A DNA stretch of 64,000 bases from Candidatus Latescibacterota bacterium (GTDB lineage Bacteria; Latescibacterota; UBA2968; UBA8231), in assembly GCA_965221775.1 (NCBI GenBank), contig CBDCSU010000005.1:896001-960000 (forward strand), written 5' to 3'. Positions within the stretch are counted from its first letter, which is position 1, and each line of letters begins with the position of its first letter. Below the pieces are notes generated by a model. It saw only the letters and a program-made list of their open reading frames with translations, was not told the DNA's origin and did no database searches. This document shows, piece by piece, positions 1-12,627 of this stretch. The position numbers were made by a program, and so were the translations under genes.

Positions 1-1063
1 CAAGGCCGTCGGCCCGGGGGCGCGCTACTTCCGCGGCGGCCGGCCCGACCCGGAGATGGACTCGGCGCGCTTCAAGGAACTGCTCGCCGCCCGCGACCTC
101 GGCGACGTGTCGGCCGGCGAGAAGGCCCGGGGCATCGAGATCCGCCAGCAGCTGCTGGGCGCCACCTCTCCCGACGGCATCCACTGGACCAACCTCGGCG
201 CCCCGGTCTTCGACGCCGGCGCCACCCAGCTCGACACCCACAACCTCTGCGCCTACGACCCCCACGAGGCGCGGTACGTGGCCTACCTGCGCGGCCACAT
301 CGACCGCCGCCGCCTGGTGCGCCGCGTCTCGGGGGCGCGGTTCGAGTCCCTCGGCGAGCCTCGCCCCTGCCTCCTGCCCGACCCCCTGGACCCGATCGAC
401 GACGACATCTACAACCCCTGCTACACACCGTACCCCGGCGCGCAGCCGCGCTACCTGATGTTCCCGTCGGTCTACCACCGCATCGCCTCCACCGTCGACG
501 TGCAGCTCGCCGTCAGCCGCGACAGCCACCACTGGGTGCGGCCCTTCCGCCGGCCCATCATCGACCTCGCCAGCGAGGGGGGATCGTACGGCCAGCTCTA
601 CGCCAGCCCGAACCTCGTCGCCCACGGCGGCCGCTGGCGGCTGCCCTTCAGGGGCTACCAGCGCCGCCACGACTTCCTCCGCCGCGGCGCCGTCTACCCG
701 GAGGACGGGGAGTTCCGCTGGGCCTGCTGGGAGCCGGACCGCCTCGCGGGGATCGAGGCCGGCGGCGAGGGGCGGGTCACCCTCATCGAGCGGACCTGTG
801 CCGGCGGCGAGCTGCGGCTCAACTATCGAACGGCCCCCGACGGCTGGATCAAGGCGGAGATCGTGCGGACCATACACACGCCTCCCCGCCCCGTGGAGGC
901 CCACCCCGGCTTCTCGCTGGAGGAGGCCGATCCCCTCTCGGGGGACTCGATCTGCGAAGCGGCGCGCTGGCGGGGCCGGGCCGGTCTCGCGGCCCTGCGG
1001 GGCGAGAGCGTCGGCCTCCGGTTTCACCTCTACAAGGCCAAGCTGTTCTCGGTATCCATCTGA
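1..1063 (+). CDS. 5'-partial hypothetical protein, probable five-bladed beta-propeller glycoside-hydrolase-like fold
   Basis: Frame is open from position 2 to TGA at 1061-1063. Asp-box-like SPDGIHW and SRDSHHW repeats; DTHN, and DIY..PY motifs. Confidence 0.55.
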   Translation, partial: KAVGPGARYFRGGRPDPEMDSARFKELLAARDLGDVSAGEKARGIEIRQQLLGATSPDGIHWTNLGAPVFDAGATQLDTHNLCAYDPHEARYVAYLRGHIDRRRLVRRVSGARFESLGEPRPCLLPDPLDPIDDDIYNPCYTPYPGAQPRYLMFPSVYHRIASTVDVQLAVSRDSHHWVRPFRRPIIDLASEGGSYGQLYASPNLVAHGGRWRLPFRGYQRRHDFLRRGAVYPEDGEFRWACWEPDRLAGIEAGGEGRVTLIERTCAGGELRLNYRTAPDGWIKAEIVRTIHTPPRPVEAHPGFSLEEADPLSGDSICEAARWRGRAGLAALRGESVGLRFHLYKAKLFSVSI

Positions 1064-1085
1064 CTCCATCAAGGACGAGAAACCA

Positions 1086-1559
1086 ATGACTGTTCGCCGA
1101 CTGGCCGCCGCGGCCGTCGCGGCCATCGCCGCCGGCCTCATCTCGATCGCCGCCGCCCACGAGGACGACCACACGCCCGCCGAGCCCGGACCCACGGCCT
1201 TCACCGCCATGACGCCGATCCTCAACGTCAAGAGCGTCGAGGCGAGCATCGAGCACTACACCTCGGTCCTCGGGTTCCGCAAGGAGTGGGACTGGCCCGC
1301 CGAGGAGGAGGACAAGACCTTCGCCTCCCTGTCCAACGGCCGGGCGCGCATCTTCCTGGCCGAGAACAACCAGGGCGCCCGGCCCGTGTGGATCTACTAC
1401 GGCGTCGATGACGTGGACAGCCTGCACCAGCATTACCTGGGGGCTGGGGCCCGGATAACTCAAGAGCCCTTCGACCAGCCCTGGGCCCGGGAGATGCTGG
1501 TGGCGGACCTGGACGGCCATGTCCTGCGCATCGGCGGCCCGGTCGAAGGTCATCACTGA
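1086..1559 (+). CDS. VOC/glyoxalase-bleomycin resistance family protein with N-terminal signal peptide
   Basis: ATG 1086 after AAGGA. Motifs TPILNVKSVEASIEHYTSVLGF, VDDVD and PWAREMLVADLDGHVLRIG. Hydrophobic leader ending in AAA. Confidence 0.8.
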   Translation: MTVRRLAAAAVAAIAAGLISIAAAHEDDHTPAEPGPTAFTAMTPILNVKSVEASIEHYTSVLGFRKEWDWPAEEEDKTFASLSNGRARIFLAENNQGARPVWIYYGVDDVDSLHQHYLGAGARITQEPFDQPWAREMLVADLDGHVLRIGGPVEGHH

Positions 1560-1605
1560 CCCGGGCGAGGCGGCTGGCCTGCCCGGTCAGCCCCGAGGAG
1601 GAGGC

Positions 1606-2802
1606 ATGACCAGGATCGTCGTCGGTTTCGAGGGAAGCTGTCCGCAGAGCGAGGAGGGCGTGCGGCAGGAGGGCGGCAACCGGTTCCGCGTCTTCCCCTC
1701 GTGGCGCCCGAGTCCGGGGATCAGCGAGGAGGCCGTCGGTCACAGCACCCGGCTGGGCCTGAGGCTGGTGAACGAGTCGCCCGGGGCGGAGAGCGCGGTG
1801 CTCTTGGTGGACTGGCAGTACGACGAGGCGCCGCCCGACATGCCCAGGGGCCTGAGCCGGGACCGGTTCATGTCCTACCGCGACTTCGTGGTCGTCCGCG
1901 AGCCGGGGCGTCAAACTTGGCGGACGGTGATGGGAGATGTGGAGGGCTCGGTGGCCGCCTTCGAGGTGAGTCTGCCGCCGGGCGAGACGGAGGTCCACTG
2001 GCATCCGCCCTACACCTATACGCAGAGCGAGGCCTTCGTCGACTCCCTTCGGGAAGATCCCCGGGTGCAGGTCGAGCAGATCGGCGAGAGCGAGGAGGGG
2101 CGCCGTCTGCCGTTGCTGCGGATCACGGATTCAGGGCAACGGGAGAAGAGGCGCATGCTGATCGTGTCGCGCTTCCACGCGTACGAGAGCGCCTCGAGCT
2201 ATGCCGTGGAGGGCATGATCGAGTGGCTTCTGGGCGAGGACCCGTGGGCGGTGGCGGCGCTGCGGGGGAACGTCTTCTTCATCGTCCCCATGGCCAATCC
2301 CGATGGGGTGGTCAACGGCCTGGGCCGCCTCACCGCCCCCCGGGGCGCGGACCTGATCATGTCGTCCACGGCGCCGGACAAGGCCCACCGGGCGCTCTGG
2401 GGAATGGTGGACCGCGTCAGACCCCAGTTCTTCGTCGACCTGCACAACTGGCAGAACAAGCACAGCGACGGACTCCTGGGGCTGGAGCCGCTGCTGCGGG
2501 AGCGGTTCCTGAAGTTCATGCCGGACCAGGTGGAGTTCGGCAAGCAGTGGCACATCCGGGAGCCGCGGCCTGTGAGCCCCGGCCGGCCCGAGCGCGAGCT
2601 GATGGGTGGATACTGCCGCCGCGAGTTCGGCGCCGGGGGCGTGGCCTTCGAGTTCCCCTGGTTCGGCCGAACGCCGGATGACACTCGCGTAACCGGCCTC
2701 CGCGCGATCCGGGCCCTGCTCCGGGCCCTCGACGAGCCTTCCCCGGGCGTCTGGCTCTACGATCCGCCCGAGAAGGGATTCACCCTGAGCCCCTGCTGGT
2801 AG
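1606..2802 (+). CDS. M14 family zinc carboxypeptidase-like protein
   Basis: GGAGG RBS. Motifs HAYE (HxxE), PMANPDG, DLH and AFEFP. Confidence 0.75.
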   Translation: MTRIVVGFEGSCPQSEEGVRQEGGNRFRVFPSWRPSPGISEEAVGHSTRLGLRLVNESPGAESAVLLVDWQYDEAPPDMPRGLSRDRFMSYRDFVVVREPGRQTWRTVMGDVEGSVAAFEVSLPPGETEVHWHPPYTYTQSEAFVDSLREDPRVQVEQIGESEEGRRLPLLRITDSGQREKRRMLIVSRFHAYESASSYAVEGMIEWLLGEDPWAVAALRGNVFFIVPMANPDGVVNGLGRLTAPRGADLIMSSTAPDKAHRALWGMVDRVRPQFFVDLHNWQNKHSDGLLGLEPLLRERFLKFMPDQVEFGKQWHIREPRPVSPGRPERELMGGYCRREFGAGGVAFEFPWFGRTPDDTRVTGLRAIRALLRALDEPSPGVWLYDPPEKGFTLSPCW

Positions 2803-2857
2803 GCGGCATCGCCCTGGTCCATGAGCCGCGAGCACGCGCCGACTCCGCGCGCCGGCG

Positions 2858-3631
2858 CTATACCAGCTCCGAGACCGGCTGCGACTTCTCCCAGCGCAGG
2901 GCGACCTCCTGGTCGATGCCGCAGAGCCAGTTCCAGGTGCGCATGCACCGCACCCGGTCGCGGTAGGACTCGACCTCGGTCACGTACGCCAGGCGCGGCC
3001 GGTCGCGGTAGGCGGGGATCTCCGGCGAATCGCAGAGCCAGTCCCGCCTTGGTTCGGCGGTGCGGTGGTAGGAGAACTTGATCATGCTGCGGGCGCGGTC
3101 GTTGGTCTTGGGGCCGGCCTTGTGCCAGATGCCGTAGCGGGTCATGGCCACGGTGCCGGCGGGAACGGTGAGCGAGACCTGGCCGCGGATGTCGCCGTAG
3201 TGGGCGATCGCCTCGCGGTCGACGGCGCGGCAGTGGGAGCCCGGCAGGACCATGGTCGGCCCGTCGTCGAGGGCGACGCTGTGAGGGTAGTAGTAGCACT
3301 GCAGCTCGAAGACATCGTAGCCGCTGCCCGAGAGGCCGTCGGAATGCCAGGTCTGGCCGAGGTGCGGATCCTTGAAGAAGTGGTGGTGGCCGCCCCGGGG
3401 CACGAGGAAGTCCTCCCCCAGAAGGGAGCGCGCCACTCCGGCCACCCGGGGATGGAGGAGCACCTGCCGGGTGAAGTCGTCCGAGGCGATGAAGGCGTCG
3501 CAGTTGCCGGGGGCGAGATCGTCGCAGCGGCGGTTGAAGCTCCCGTCGATGACGCCTTCGAGGACGACCACGCCGGAGGCGACGAAGTCCATGACGCCGT
3601 CGTCGTTCAGCGTCGGTTCAATCGAGGTCAT
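2858..3631 (-). CDS. Phytanoyl-CoA dioxygenase (PhyH)-family Fe(II)/2OG dioxygenase
   Basis: WHSD (HxD), GPTMVLPGSH, distal WH, and the R in RARS. Confidence 0.8.
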   Translation of the reverse strand: MTSIEPTLNDDGVMDFVASGVVVLEGVIDGSFNRRCDDLAPGNCDAFIASDDFTRQVLLHPRVAGVARSLLGEDFLVPRGGHHHFFKDPHLGQTWHSDGLSGSGYDVFELQCYYYPHSVALDDGPTMVLPGSHCRAVDREAIAHYGDIRGQVSLTVPAGTVAMTRYGIWHKAGPKTNDRARSMIKFSYHRTAEPRRDWLCDSPEIPAYRDRPRLAYVTEVESYRDRVRCMRTWNWLCGIDQEVALRWEKSQPVSELV

Positions 3632-3999
3632 CGTCTCTCCTGTACGGACTTTTCGAGAATGAACTCATAGCCGAGGTAGTCGTTGTCCTGACCCTCGTAC
3701 GCGTAGAGCTTTGCCATGGGGAACTGCACCACGCGCCAGCCGTCGGCCACGGCGGCGAGGACCGATTCATAGGGCGGCTCGTCGACGGGCAGGGTCGGCG
3801 CCTGGGGCTGCGTGGGATCGTACAGGGCCCAGCTGGCCAGTTGCGAACGCATGTTGGTCGACTTGGAGTAGAGATAGAGGATCTGCTGCCGGGGTTCGGC
3901 GAGCAGCTCGTCGAGACGGTCCAGGTCCTCGGCGGTGATCGCCTCGGTGCGGAGCTTGTCCCGGCACCGGGCCAGCCATTCTCTTGCAGCTTCGTGCAT
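3628..3999 (-). CDS. Hypothetical 123-aa protein coupled to the PhyH gene
   Basis: ATG at 3999, protein-like composition, ATGA overlap with the PhyH start. Confidence 0.7.
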   Translation of the reverse strand: MHEAAREWLARCRDKLRTEAITAEDLDRLDELLAEPRQQILYLYSKSTNMRSQLASWALYDPTQPQAPTLPVDEPPYESVLAAVADGWRVVQFPMAKLYAYEGQDNDYLGYEFILEKSVQERR

Positions 4000-4050
4000 G
4001 TCAGAAAGGAAACCGCCCGTGCTCGAGGCGGTCAACAGGAAGCGGGAGGC

Positions 4051-5172
4051 ATGGAGAACGTCAGGATCGAACGAATCGAATGGGCCCGCCTCACCGGCGA
4101 ACGGCCGCGGAAGGCCGGCTGCAACTCCCGCCTCGGCGAGCACGGACTCCGCGTCCGTCCCGCCATCGCCCGCCTGACCACGGCGGACGGCGCCAGCGGC
4201 TTCGGCGCTTCCTGGATCTCGCGCGAGGAAGCCGCGTCCATCGTCGGGGTTCGGCTCAGCGATGCCTTCACCGCCAGCGGCGTCGCCGAGGGGTTCGGAG
4301 CGCTGGAGTACCCCCTGTGGGATCTCGTGGGGCAACTGGCGCAGAGGCCGGTGTACGAGATGCTCTCCGGCGAGAAGGACGACTTCCGCGTTCCCTGCTA
4401 CGACACGTCCCTCTACATCGATGACCTGCACCTCGAGGAGAGTGCAGCAGCGGCGGCGCTCATCGCTTCCGAGGCCCTGGAGGGGAAGGCCCGGGGGCAC
4501 AAGGCCTTCAAGATCAAGGTGGGGCGCGGAGCCGTGCACATGCCCCTCGACTCGGGGACGCAGCGGGACATCGATGTCGTCCACGCCGTGCGCGATGCCG
4601 TCGGAGCGGAGGCCGCGATCCTGCTGGATGCGAACAACGGCTACAACCTCAACCTCACGAGGCGCGTGTTGGGCGCGACAGCGGATGCGAAGGTCTACTG
4701 GATGGAGGAGGCCTTCCACGAAGATGCCCGTCTCTACGGCCTGCTGAGAGAGTGGCTGAGCGCCGAAGGCCTGGAGACCCGCATCGCCGACGGCGAGGGC
4801 GATGCCTCGCCGAGCCTTCTCGGTTGGGCGAAAGAGGGTCTTGTCGACATCCTCCAGTACGACATCTTCCACCCCGGCTTCTCACGCTGGCTCGAACTCG
4901 GTCCCGAGCTGGATGCTTGCGGCGTCGGCACGGCGCCCCATCACTACGGCGGCCACTACGGGAACTACGTCTCGTGCCACTTGGCGGCAAAGGTGGAACG
5001 CTTCGAGTTCGTCGAGTGGGACCACGCCACAACCCCGGGCCTGGACGATTCCGGATACACCATCTCCGGCGGCCTCGTGAGTGTCCCGCCAAAGCCCGGA
5101 TTCGGTCTCGCCCTGGAGGAAGAGCCCTTCCGCAGAGCACTCGCCGAGAACGGATTCGAGGTTCGCCCGTGA
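4051..5172 (+). CDS. Mandelate racemase/muconate lactonizing enzyme family (enolase superfamily)
   Basis: GGAGG RBS. Motifs FKIKVG, LDANN, WMEEAF, ADGE, PHH and PGFGL. Confidence 0.85.
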   Translation: MENVRIERIEWARLTGERPRKAGCNSRLGEHGLRVRPAIARLTTADGASGFGASWISREEAASIVGVRLSDAFTASGVAEGFGALEYPLWDLVGQLAQRPVYEMLSGEKDDFRVPCYDTSLYIDDLHLEESAAAAALIASEALEGKARGHKAFKIKVGRGAVHMPLDSGTQRDIDVVHAVRDAVGAEAAILLDANNGYNLNLTRRVLGATADAKVYWMEEAFHEDARLYGLLREWLSAEGLETRIADGEGDASPSLLGWAKEGLVDILQYDIFHPGFSRWLELGPELDACGVGTAPHHYGGHYGNYVSCHLAAKVERFEFVEWDHATTPGLDDSGYTISGGLVSVPPKPGFGLALEEEPFRRALAENGFEVRP

Positions 5173-6542
5173 CCGCCGCAGGCACGAGGCCCGCGCACAA
5201 GTCCCGCCGCATCTGGTTCTGCCAGACGGAGTACGTGGCCCGGCATCCCGAGTCCCTGCAGAGACTCAAGGACGCCGTCGGTCTGACGACGATCATGCCC
5301 GAGAGCCCGGTCTGCCATACCTCGGGCTTCAGCCTCTCGGAGGAGCTGGCCCGGCGGGGGCCCTTCGAGGACTGGCGCCGGCGACTCGATGCCTGGCCCC
5401 GCGGCGCCGACGGCGTGTACCCGCCCGTGGCGGGGATCGTCAGCGGCTTCGACGATACACCCCTGCTGCGCCTCATCGAGGCCTGCAAGACCGCGGGGAT
5501 CGAGGTGTGGGGCCACATCGGCCTGTGGAGCTACGGCGGCGACGTCTATCCCGAGTTCGCCCTGCGCGACCTGGAGGGACGGCCGCTGGACCGCCGCTAC
5601 CAGCAGTGGGGCATCGGCCTGTGCCCGAGCCGCAAGGAGGTCAACGAGTGGACGCGGGACTGTCTGGTGGAGGCGGTGCAGCGCTACGCCGTGGACGGCT
5701 TCGACGTCGACCACGCCCGCTACCCGGCCCCGGCCAACGTGCACAGCCTGACGGCCTGCGGCTGCCCCGCCTGCCAGGACGAAGCCGCCCGCCTGGGCTA
5801 CGACTTCGCCGCCATGCGGGGCGGCGTCCTGGCCCTGCGCCGGCGCCTGGAGCGGTTGACCCCGGCCGACGTGCGGGCCCTGGCCTCGGGGCGTCCCGGC
5901 CTGCTGGATTCCCTCGGGATACTGGCCCAAGATGGATCCGTCCTCGACTGGGTGCGCTTTCGCGCCCACGTACTGGCCGAGCGCATGGCGGAGTTCCGCG
6001 CGGCGGTGCAGCAAGCCGGGGGACGAGACAAGCTCTTCGGCAGCGATGTCTTCCCGCCCTCCACGGCGCTTCTGGGCGGCCACTGGTACAACAAATGGGA
6101 AGAGGCGACGGATTTCCTCACCGGAGGCAGTTCCCACGGAGGTGTGGTAGGATGGGCGACGGGCGTCACCAACCTGGCGGGGGAGTGGACCGCGGCCCTG
6201 TGCCGGCACGGCCAGGGGCTGGCGGAGAGGCAGGTGTTGCCCCTGCTGTGGCGCAGGTTCGGCGTGGAGGACCTAGACCTGCCGGAGACCGCGGCAGCGG
6301 CGGCGGGAGGACCTCTGCCGATCGCCGCACTCTACGAGCGGGAAGTGGCCCGCCTGAAGGCGCAGACCAGCGGGGCGGTGCCGCTCTATCCGCCCGTGTC
6401 AGCGGGAGCGGCGCCTGAACTGGTGCGGGCGCTGGGAGCGGCGGTGGCCGGGCACGGGTGCGACGGGTGCCTGTTTACGGTGAACGCCGAAGACGCGGGG
6501 CAGGTGCGGGTGCTGGGTGAGGCTCTGGCTGGAGTGGGATGA
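5169..6542 (+). CDS. Hypothetical TIM-barrel glycoside-hydrolase-like protein (GHL10/DUF187-like)
   Basis: GTGA overlap with the upstream gene. Motifs LCPS, YAVDGFDVDHARY and CGCPAC. Confidence 0.55.
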   Translation: MTAAGTRPAHKSRRIWFCQTEYVARHPESLQRLKDAVGLTTIMPESPVCHTSGFSLSEELARRGPFEDWRRRLDAWPRGADGVYPPVAGIVSGFDDTPLLRLIEACKTAGIEVWGHIGLWSYGGDVYPEFALRDLEGRPLDRRYQQWGIGLCPSRKEVNEWTRDCLVEAVQRYAVDGFDVDHARYPAPANVHSLTACGCPACQDEAARLGYDFAAMRGGVLALRRRLERLTPADVRALASGRPGLLDSLGILAQDGSVLDWVRFRAHVLAERMAEFRAAVQQAGGRDKLFGSDVFPPSTALLGGHWYNKWEEATDFLTGGSSHGGVVGWATGVTNLAGEWTAALCRHGQGLAERQVLPLLWRRFGVEDLDLPETAAAAAGGPLPIAALYEREVARLKAQTSGAVPLYPPVSAGAAPELVRALGAAVAGHGCDGCLFTVNAEDAGQVRVLGEALAGVG

Positions 6543-6644
6543 ACCTCAGTGACACAGTTCTGAAGGATTTCTCTCATTCACTAACTTTCGAAGACCTTCT
6601 GAAAAAGCTACATACATTGTGGGTCACCGGCGCCCGATGGCGGG

Positions 6645-9633
<2,989 letters not shown>

Positions 9634-9838
9634 AGCCGGGATCGCCCCCCGGACCGCCTCAGGCCGCGAGCCCCGCGTCTGAGGGCGGAGGCTCAGAGCT
9701 CAGCGTCGCTCGGACCCCCGAAAACTCTCAGCGCCCTGATCCGCCGAAAGCACCAGCAGATTCCCGGCGAACCAGGCAGCCCACACTAGGACGGCCGCCA
9801 GGTGCAGACGGAACGGATCTCGCGCCCGGCGGGTCCCC

Positions 9839-11173
9839 TCAGGGCCCGTCCGCCGCCAGCTGCGCCACCAGGTCGAAGGTGACGTCCACGGCGAAGCCCA
9901 CGTTCGCCACCGAGACGCGCTCGTCGTGGCCGTGGCACAACTCGAAGAAGTCGCAGCCGGGCTCGTGGCGCATGGGCACGAAGCCGTATACGGTGATGTC
10001 GAGGTCGGTGAGGAAGCGGGCGTCGGTGCCGCCGGTCTGCATGTACGGCGCCAGCACGGCCCCGGGCTCGTGGCGCGCCAGGGCCGCCTCCATGGCCGCG
10101 AGCAGCGGCGACCCGTGGTCGAAGGCCACACCCGGCCGGAACCTCTCCATCTCCAGGTCCACCCCCTCCCCCACCAGGGCCCGCACCTCGGCGGTGAACT
10201 CCTCCTCCGTCACCCCCGGCAGGGGCCGCCCGCTGAGACGCACGGCCGCCTCCGAAGGGATGACGTTGCGCTTCATCCCGGCCTCAAGCAGGGTCGGGGC
10301 GCAGGTGTTGCGCAGCATGGCGTCGAACATGCCGCGAACGGGCGGCTCCACGGGCAGCGCCTCCAGGGCCTGCTCGGCACGCGCCGGGTCGAGCAGATCG
10401 AGCAACAGCCGGCCGACCTCGGGCCGCGCGGCCCTTGCAGCCGCCTCGAAGAAGGCGGCCACCGCCGGCGTGACCCGGTGCGGCAGCTTGCCGCCGAGCC
10501 GCATCTGCGCGGCGCCGAGGTGCACGATGGGGTTGTCGTCGTGGGGCACGGAGCTGTGGCCCGGCCGCCCGCGGGCGATGAGGTCGACGTCGGCGCCGCC
10601 CTTCTCGGCCACCTGGCAGGTGTAGATCGGCTGGCCGTCGACGAGGACGGCGAAGCCGCCGGCCTCGTTGATTCCGTACTCGGCGTCCAGCCACTCCGGG
10701 CGGTTGCCGGCGATCCAGCCCATCCCGTTCACGCCCCCGCGCTCCTCGTCGGCGGCGGCGATCACCACCAAGTCGCGCTTCAGGGGCAGCTTCTTGCGGT
10801 GGCACATGAGCAGCGCCTGCAGGTGCACGGCGGCGGTCAGCTTGGAGTCGATGGCGCCGCGGCCGTAGAGCACGCCGCCGGCGATCTCTCCGGCGAAGGG
10901 CGGGTGGCTCCAGCGCTCCGGCTCGACGGGCACCACGTCGAGGTGGGACATCATCAGCAGGGGGCGCTCGGACCCGTCCCCGCGCAGGCGCACGGCGAGG
11001 CTGGCGCGCTGCTCGCCGGCCTCCAGGACCTCGGGCTCGAGCCCCTCGGCGGCCAGCTCCGCGGCCAGGTGGCGCACCAGGGGCAACTCGTCCCCGGGCG
11101 GGTTGGTGGTGTCGAAGCGCAGCATCTCCTGCAGGCGGGCGACGGCCTCGGCGCCGGGCGTGAGGGCGGTCAT
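9839..11173 (-). CDS. M20/M25/M40 family metallo-hydrolase (peptidase/aminoacylase-like)
   Basis: SHLDVVP, GRGAIDSK, DEE, GHSS, GGTD and HGHDE; ATGA overlap with the upstream gene. Confidence 0.88.
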   Translation of the reverse strand: MTALTPGAEAVARLQEMLRFDTTNPPGDELPLVRHLAAELAAEGLEPEVLEAGEQRASLAVRLRGDGSERPLLMMSHLDVVPVEPERWSHPPFAGEIAGGVLYGRGAIDSKLTAAVHLQALLMCHRKKLPLKRDLVVIAAADEERGGVNGMGWIAGNRPEWLDAEYGINEAGGFAVLVDGQPIYTCQVAEKGGADVDLIARGRPGHSSVPHDDNPIVHLGAAQMRLGGKLPHRVTPAVAAFFEAAARAARPEVGRLLLDLLDPARAEQALEALPVEPPVRGMFDAMLRNTCAPTLLEAGMKRNVIPSEAAVRLSGRPLPGVTEEEFTAEVRALVGEGVDLEMERFRPGVAFDHGSPLLAAMEAALARHEPGAVLAPYMQTGGTDARFLTDLDITVYGFVPMRHEPGCDFFELCHGHDERVSVANVGFAVDVTFDLVAQLAADGP

Positions 11174-12627
11174 CGCAGACTCCCGAAGCGCCAGTCCTCG
11201 AGGGGGACCATGGCGGCGGGGTCGAAGGCGCCTCCGACTCCCAGGCCGGGGCACTGCAGGCTGCGCACGTCGACGGCGCCTCCGTGGACGTGCAGGAAGC
11301 CGCTCTCGCCCGAGCGCCGGTAGAGGCCCTCGTGCTCGCGCAGCACCCGCTGCCGCTCCGGCGGCGACAGGTGGTCGAGGCCGCGCACGTAGTGGTGGCC
11401 GTTGCGCTCGGCGTGGTCGAGCCCCAGGGCGGCCACGTGGGCCAGGTCCTGGTGCAGGGGGACGACGGGCAGGTTCATCAGGTCCTCGGCGGTGATGAGG
11501 AAGGGGACGCCCCGCTCGCGGCTCAGGCGGCGGGTGAGGGCGGCGTTGGCCAGGGCCTTGAACAGCCCCTTGCAGTTCTTGGTGCTCACGCCGCGGTAGC
11601 CCAGCTCCACGGCGCGCTGGAAGGAGTCGAGATCTCCGTCGCTCTCGTCGATGATCATCGGCTTGCGCGCCGACACGGCGGTGATGCCGGCCGCCTGCTG
11701 TCCGTCGAGGGAGACGCTCCGCTCCAGGGGTTGCTCGACATAGGCGATCGACTCGTGGAAGGCGGGCAGATCCTGCGCGAGGCGCGCCAGCAGCTCGGTG
11801 AAGCCGTCGAGCTCCGTGTACTGCTCGTTGCCGTCGAGGGAGACGGCGTAGCGGCCGGCGCCGGGGATCTCGTCGAGGAGGCGGGCGATGGAGGTGAGCC
11901 GCTCGAGGTCGGCCTCGTGGTCGCCGCCGACCTTGACCTTGAGCCAGCGGAGCCCCTGGACCGCCAGGTAGGCCTCCAGGGACTGGGGGAGTCCGTCGTC
12001 GAGGACCTCCCCTTCGGGCACGTCGGCGTCCCCGATCGGGTCGGTCAGCCCCACGGTGTGGCGCACGGCGATGCTCGCGGAGGGGCGAGGCGCCACGGCC
12101 GCTGACGGCGGCAAACCGGCCAGCGCGGGCAGGATCGCCCCGAGGTCGAGGCCGAGGGGATTGGCGGGATCGGTGAGCAGTTGGTGCCAGGTCCGGCCCG
12201 CGGCCCGTCCCACGGCGTCGATGAGGGCGCGCTCCATGAGGGTGCTGCCGTGGGAGGCGGTGAGGTGGTCGAGGCCGCGCCGGTCGCCGGCCCGCAGGGT
12301 CTCGGCATGGCCGTCGCGCCAGATGTCGAAGACCGGGCGCGGCTCCCGCGAGGCCCCGGCAAAGGCCCGCGCCGCCTGGCGGGCGGCGAAGAGCAGGTCC
12401 TCCACGTTCTCCTCGTAGCTCTTGGCGGGATCCTTGTCGAACCACTTCGGCGGCAGGATGTCGGCCGAAAGGCCCTCGGCCCTGGAGCCGCCGGCCAGCT
12501 CCACCTCGGCCCTCACGTGCAGGATCGGCACGCTCGTCAGGGTGGCCACGCCGTAGCGGAAGGGCATGCGCGTGCGCACGTTGCGCATGGTGAAGCCGAC
12601 CTCGCGCAGAGAGACCCGCTCAGGCAT
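11170..12627 (-). CDS. Enolase-superfamily protein (MR/MLE-like), catalytic motifs intact
   Basis: LKVKV, LDGNE, VEQP, IDES and STKNCK. Confidence 0.8.
   Translation of the reverse strand: MPERVSLREVGFTMRNVRTRMPFRYGVATLTSVPILHVRAEVELAGGSRAEGLSADILPPKWFDKDPAKSYEENVEDLLFAARQAARAFAGASREPRPVFDIWRDGHAETLRAGDRRGLDHLTASHGSTLMERALIDAVGRAAGRTWHQLLTDPANPLGLDLGAILPALAGLPPSAAVAPRPSASIAVRHTVGLTDPIGDADVPEGEVLDDGLPQSLEAYLAVQGLRWLKVKVGGDHEADLERLTSIARLLDEIPGAGRYAVSLDGNEQYTELDGFTELLARLAQDLPAFHESIAYVEQPLERSVSLDGQQAAGITAVSARKPMIIDESDGDLDSFQRAVELGYRGVSTKNCKGLFKALANAALTRRLSRERGVPFLITAEDLMNLPVVPLHQDLAHVAALGLDHAERNGHHYVRGLDHLSPPERQRVLREHEGLYRRSGESGFLHVHGGAVDVRSLQCPGLGVGGAFDPAAMVPLEDWRFGSLR

Noticed and set aside
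9700-9835. Hydrophobic mini-ORF (LHLAAVLVWAAWFAGNLLVL) between ligA and the M20 gene
   Set aside because: No convincing start codon or RBS; could be chance or a remnant.
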